A DNA stretch of 63,578 nt, counting the filler, from Octopus bimaculoides (Eukaryota), in assembly GCF_001194135.2 (NCBI RefSeq). It is 9 parts of 8 records of this genome, joined end to end, with 100 filler letters (N's around TTAATTAATTAA, not from the genome) between each part and the next. Parts side by side here need not be neighbours in the genome. Positions count along the whole stretch, not along the records: positions 62,449 to 63,578 come from NC_068986.1; 8 more parts are not named here. One strand, written 5' to 3'. The notes under the pieces are model-generated. The model was given only the letters and a program-made list of their open reading frames with translations, was not told where the DNA came from and did not search any database. Of the stretch, positions 62,522-63,578 are shown piece by piece. Every line of letters starts with the position of its first letter. Within the stretch, counting starts at the first letter, position 1. The position numbers and the translations under genes are program-made.

Positions 62522-63214
62522 TATGACACTGGAAATATCATTAAACATAGAAAAACAAAAATCTTTGCAGATGGCTCTAAACTTCAGAAAGTCATCTAGA
62601 GCATGCGTGAGCAAGCAGAACACCAACTCGATTTATACACAGTGATTCGATGAGAAAAAACAAACAAACAAACAAAAAAAGAACGTTGTTGTTAAACAAA
62701 GAAAAGTTTGGGGTCATCTGCTTTGGTACAAAAGAATATACTTGAACAGTCATATTTTCTTCCCTCGGGTGAGCTCCTCGTAGCGTAAAATAATATGAGA
62801 GTATTAGGTATAACTGTAGACACCGAACTGAGCTGGAGTGCACACATCAAAAATAAAGTCGATACAGCCAACAGAATATGCTCATGGATCCTTAGAAGTT
62901 TCCAGTCCAGATATTCTGTTTCCATCGCCCTTCTCTACGTCTGCTAAGTCACATTGTGTATTGCTACCCACACAAAACAAAGCATTATGAAAACTGAAAC
63001 ACCCGAGATTGGTCACACACATACATGCACGCACGCGCGCGCTCAAAATGAATAACTGACATGACACGCGTTGACTACAAGGATCATCTCAAAAGGATCA
63101 AACTGCATTTTCTCTAGTCATACGCTCCCTACAAAAATTGAGTTCACATCACATAACATTGCGATACTAATTTTTTTTTTTAAACGTTCAACTGGTCATG
63201 TCTTATTCAACATT

Positions 63215-63578
63215 GTGTTGGCACTCCGTCGCTTACGACGTCGAGGGTTCAAGTTGATCCGATCAACGGAACAGCCAGCTCGTGAAATTAACGTGCAAGT
63301 GGCTGAGCACTCCACAGACACGTGTACCCTTAACGTAGTTCTCGGGGATATTCAGCGTGGCACAGTGTGACAAGGCTGACCCTTTGAATTACAGGCACAA
63401 CAGAAGCAGGAAGTAAGAGTGAGAGAAAGTTGTGGTGGAAGAGTACAGCAGGGTTCGCCACCATCCCCTGCCGGAGCCTCGTGGAGCTTTAGGTGCTTTC
63501 GCTCAATAAACACTCACAACGCTCGGTCTGGGAATCGAAACCGCGATCCTATAACAGCGAGTCCGCTGCCCTAACCAC
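63215..63578 (-). mobile_element. tRNA-derived SINE, family B (cut by the window end)
   Basis: High identity by eye to 12221-12590. Confidence 0.85.

Noticed and set aside
54417-63578. Downstream ELP1 exons (expected AYGEHL..., C-terminal basic region)
   Set aside because: None found. These are different scaffolds beyond the spacer at 54317-54416.

Overview
AT-rich, microsatellite-saturated animal genomic DNA. The tRNA-derived SINE families, RTE/Penelope-like remnants and repeat load point to a coleoid cephalopod, most likely Octopus; this is an inference from recognition, not a database result. The window is not contiguous. Eight identical 100-bp spacers (44 N + TTAATTAATTAA + 44 N) join nine separate scaffolds, so nothing can be inferred across them. 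The one well-supported host gene is an internal fragment of ELP1 (IKBKAP, Elongator subunit 1): 10 plus-strand exons from 38355 to 53966, all GT-AG, phase-compatible, giving 399 uninterrupted codons. The rest is mostly transposable-element debris: SINEs, RTE and APE-LINE fragments, a Penelope-like element, a DD37D (maT) transposon, two solo-LTR-like elements and piggyBac-type MITEs. Nearly all long ORFs in the supplied track are microsatellite or N-gap artefacts. The most unusual signal is a cluster of type I hammerhead ribozyme motifs on the minus strand at about 60990-61270. One has an intact core enclosed by a perfect 28-bp inverted repeat, and a second has its predicted cleavage site 137 nt downstream.
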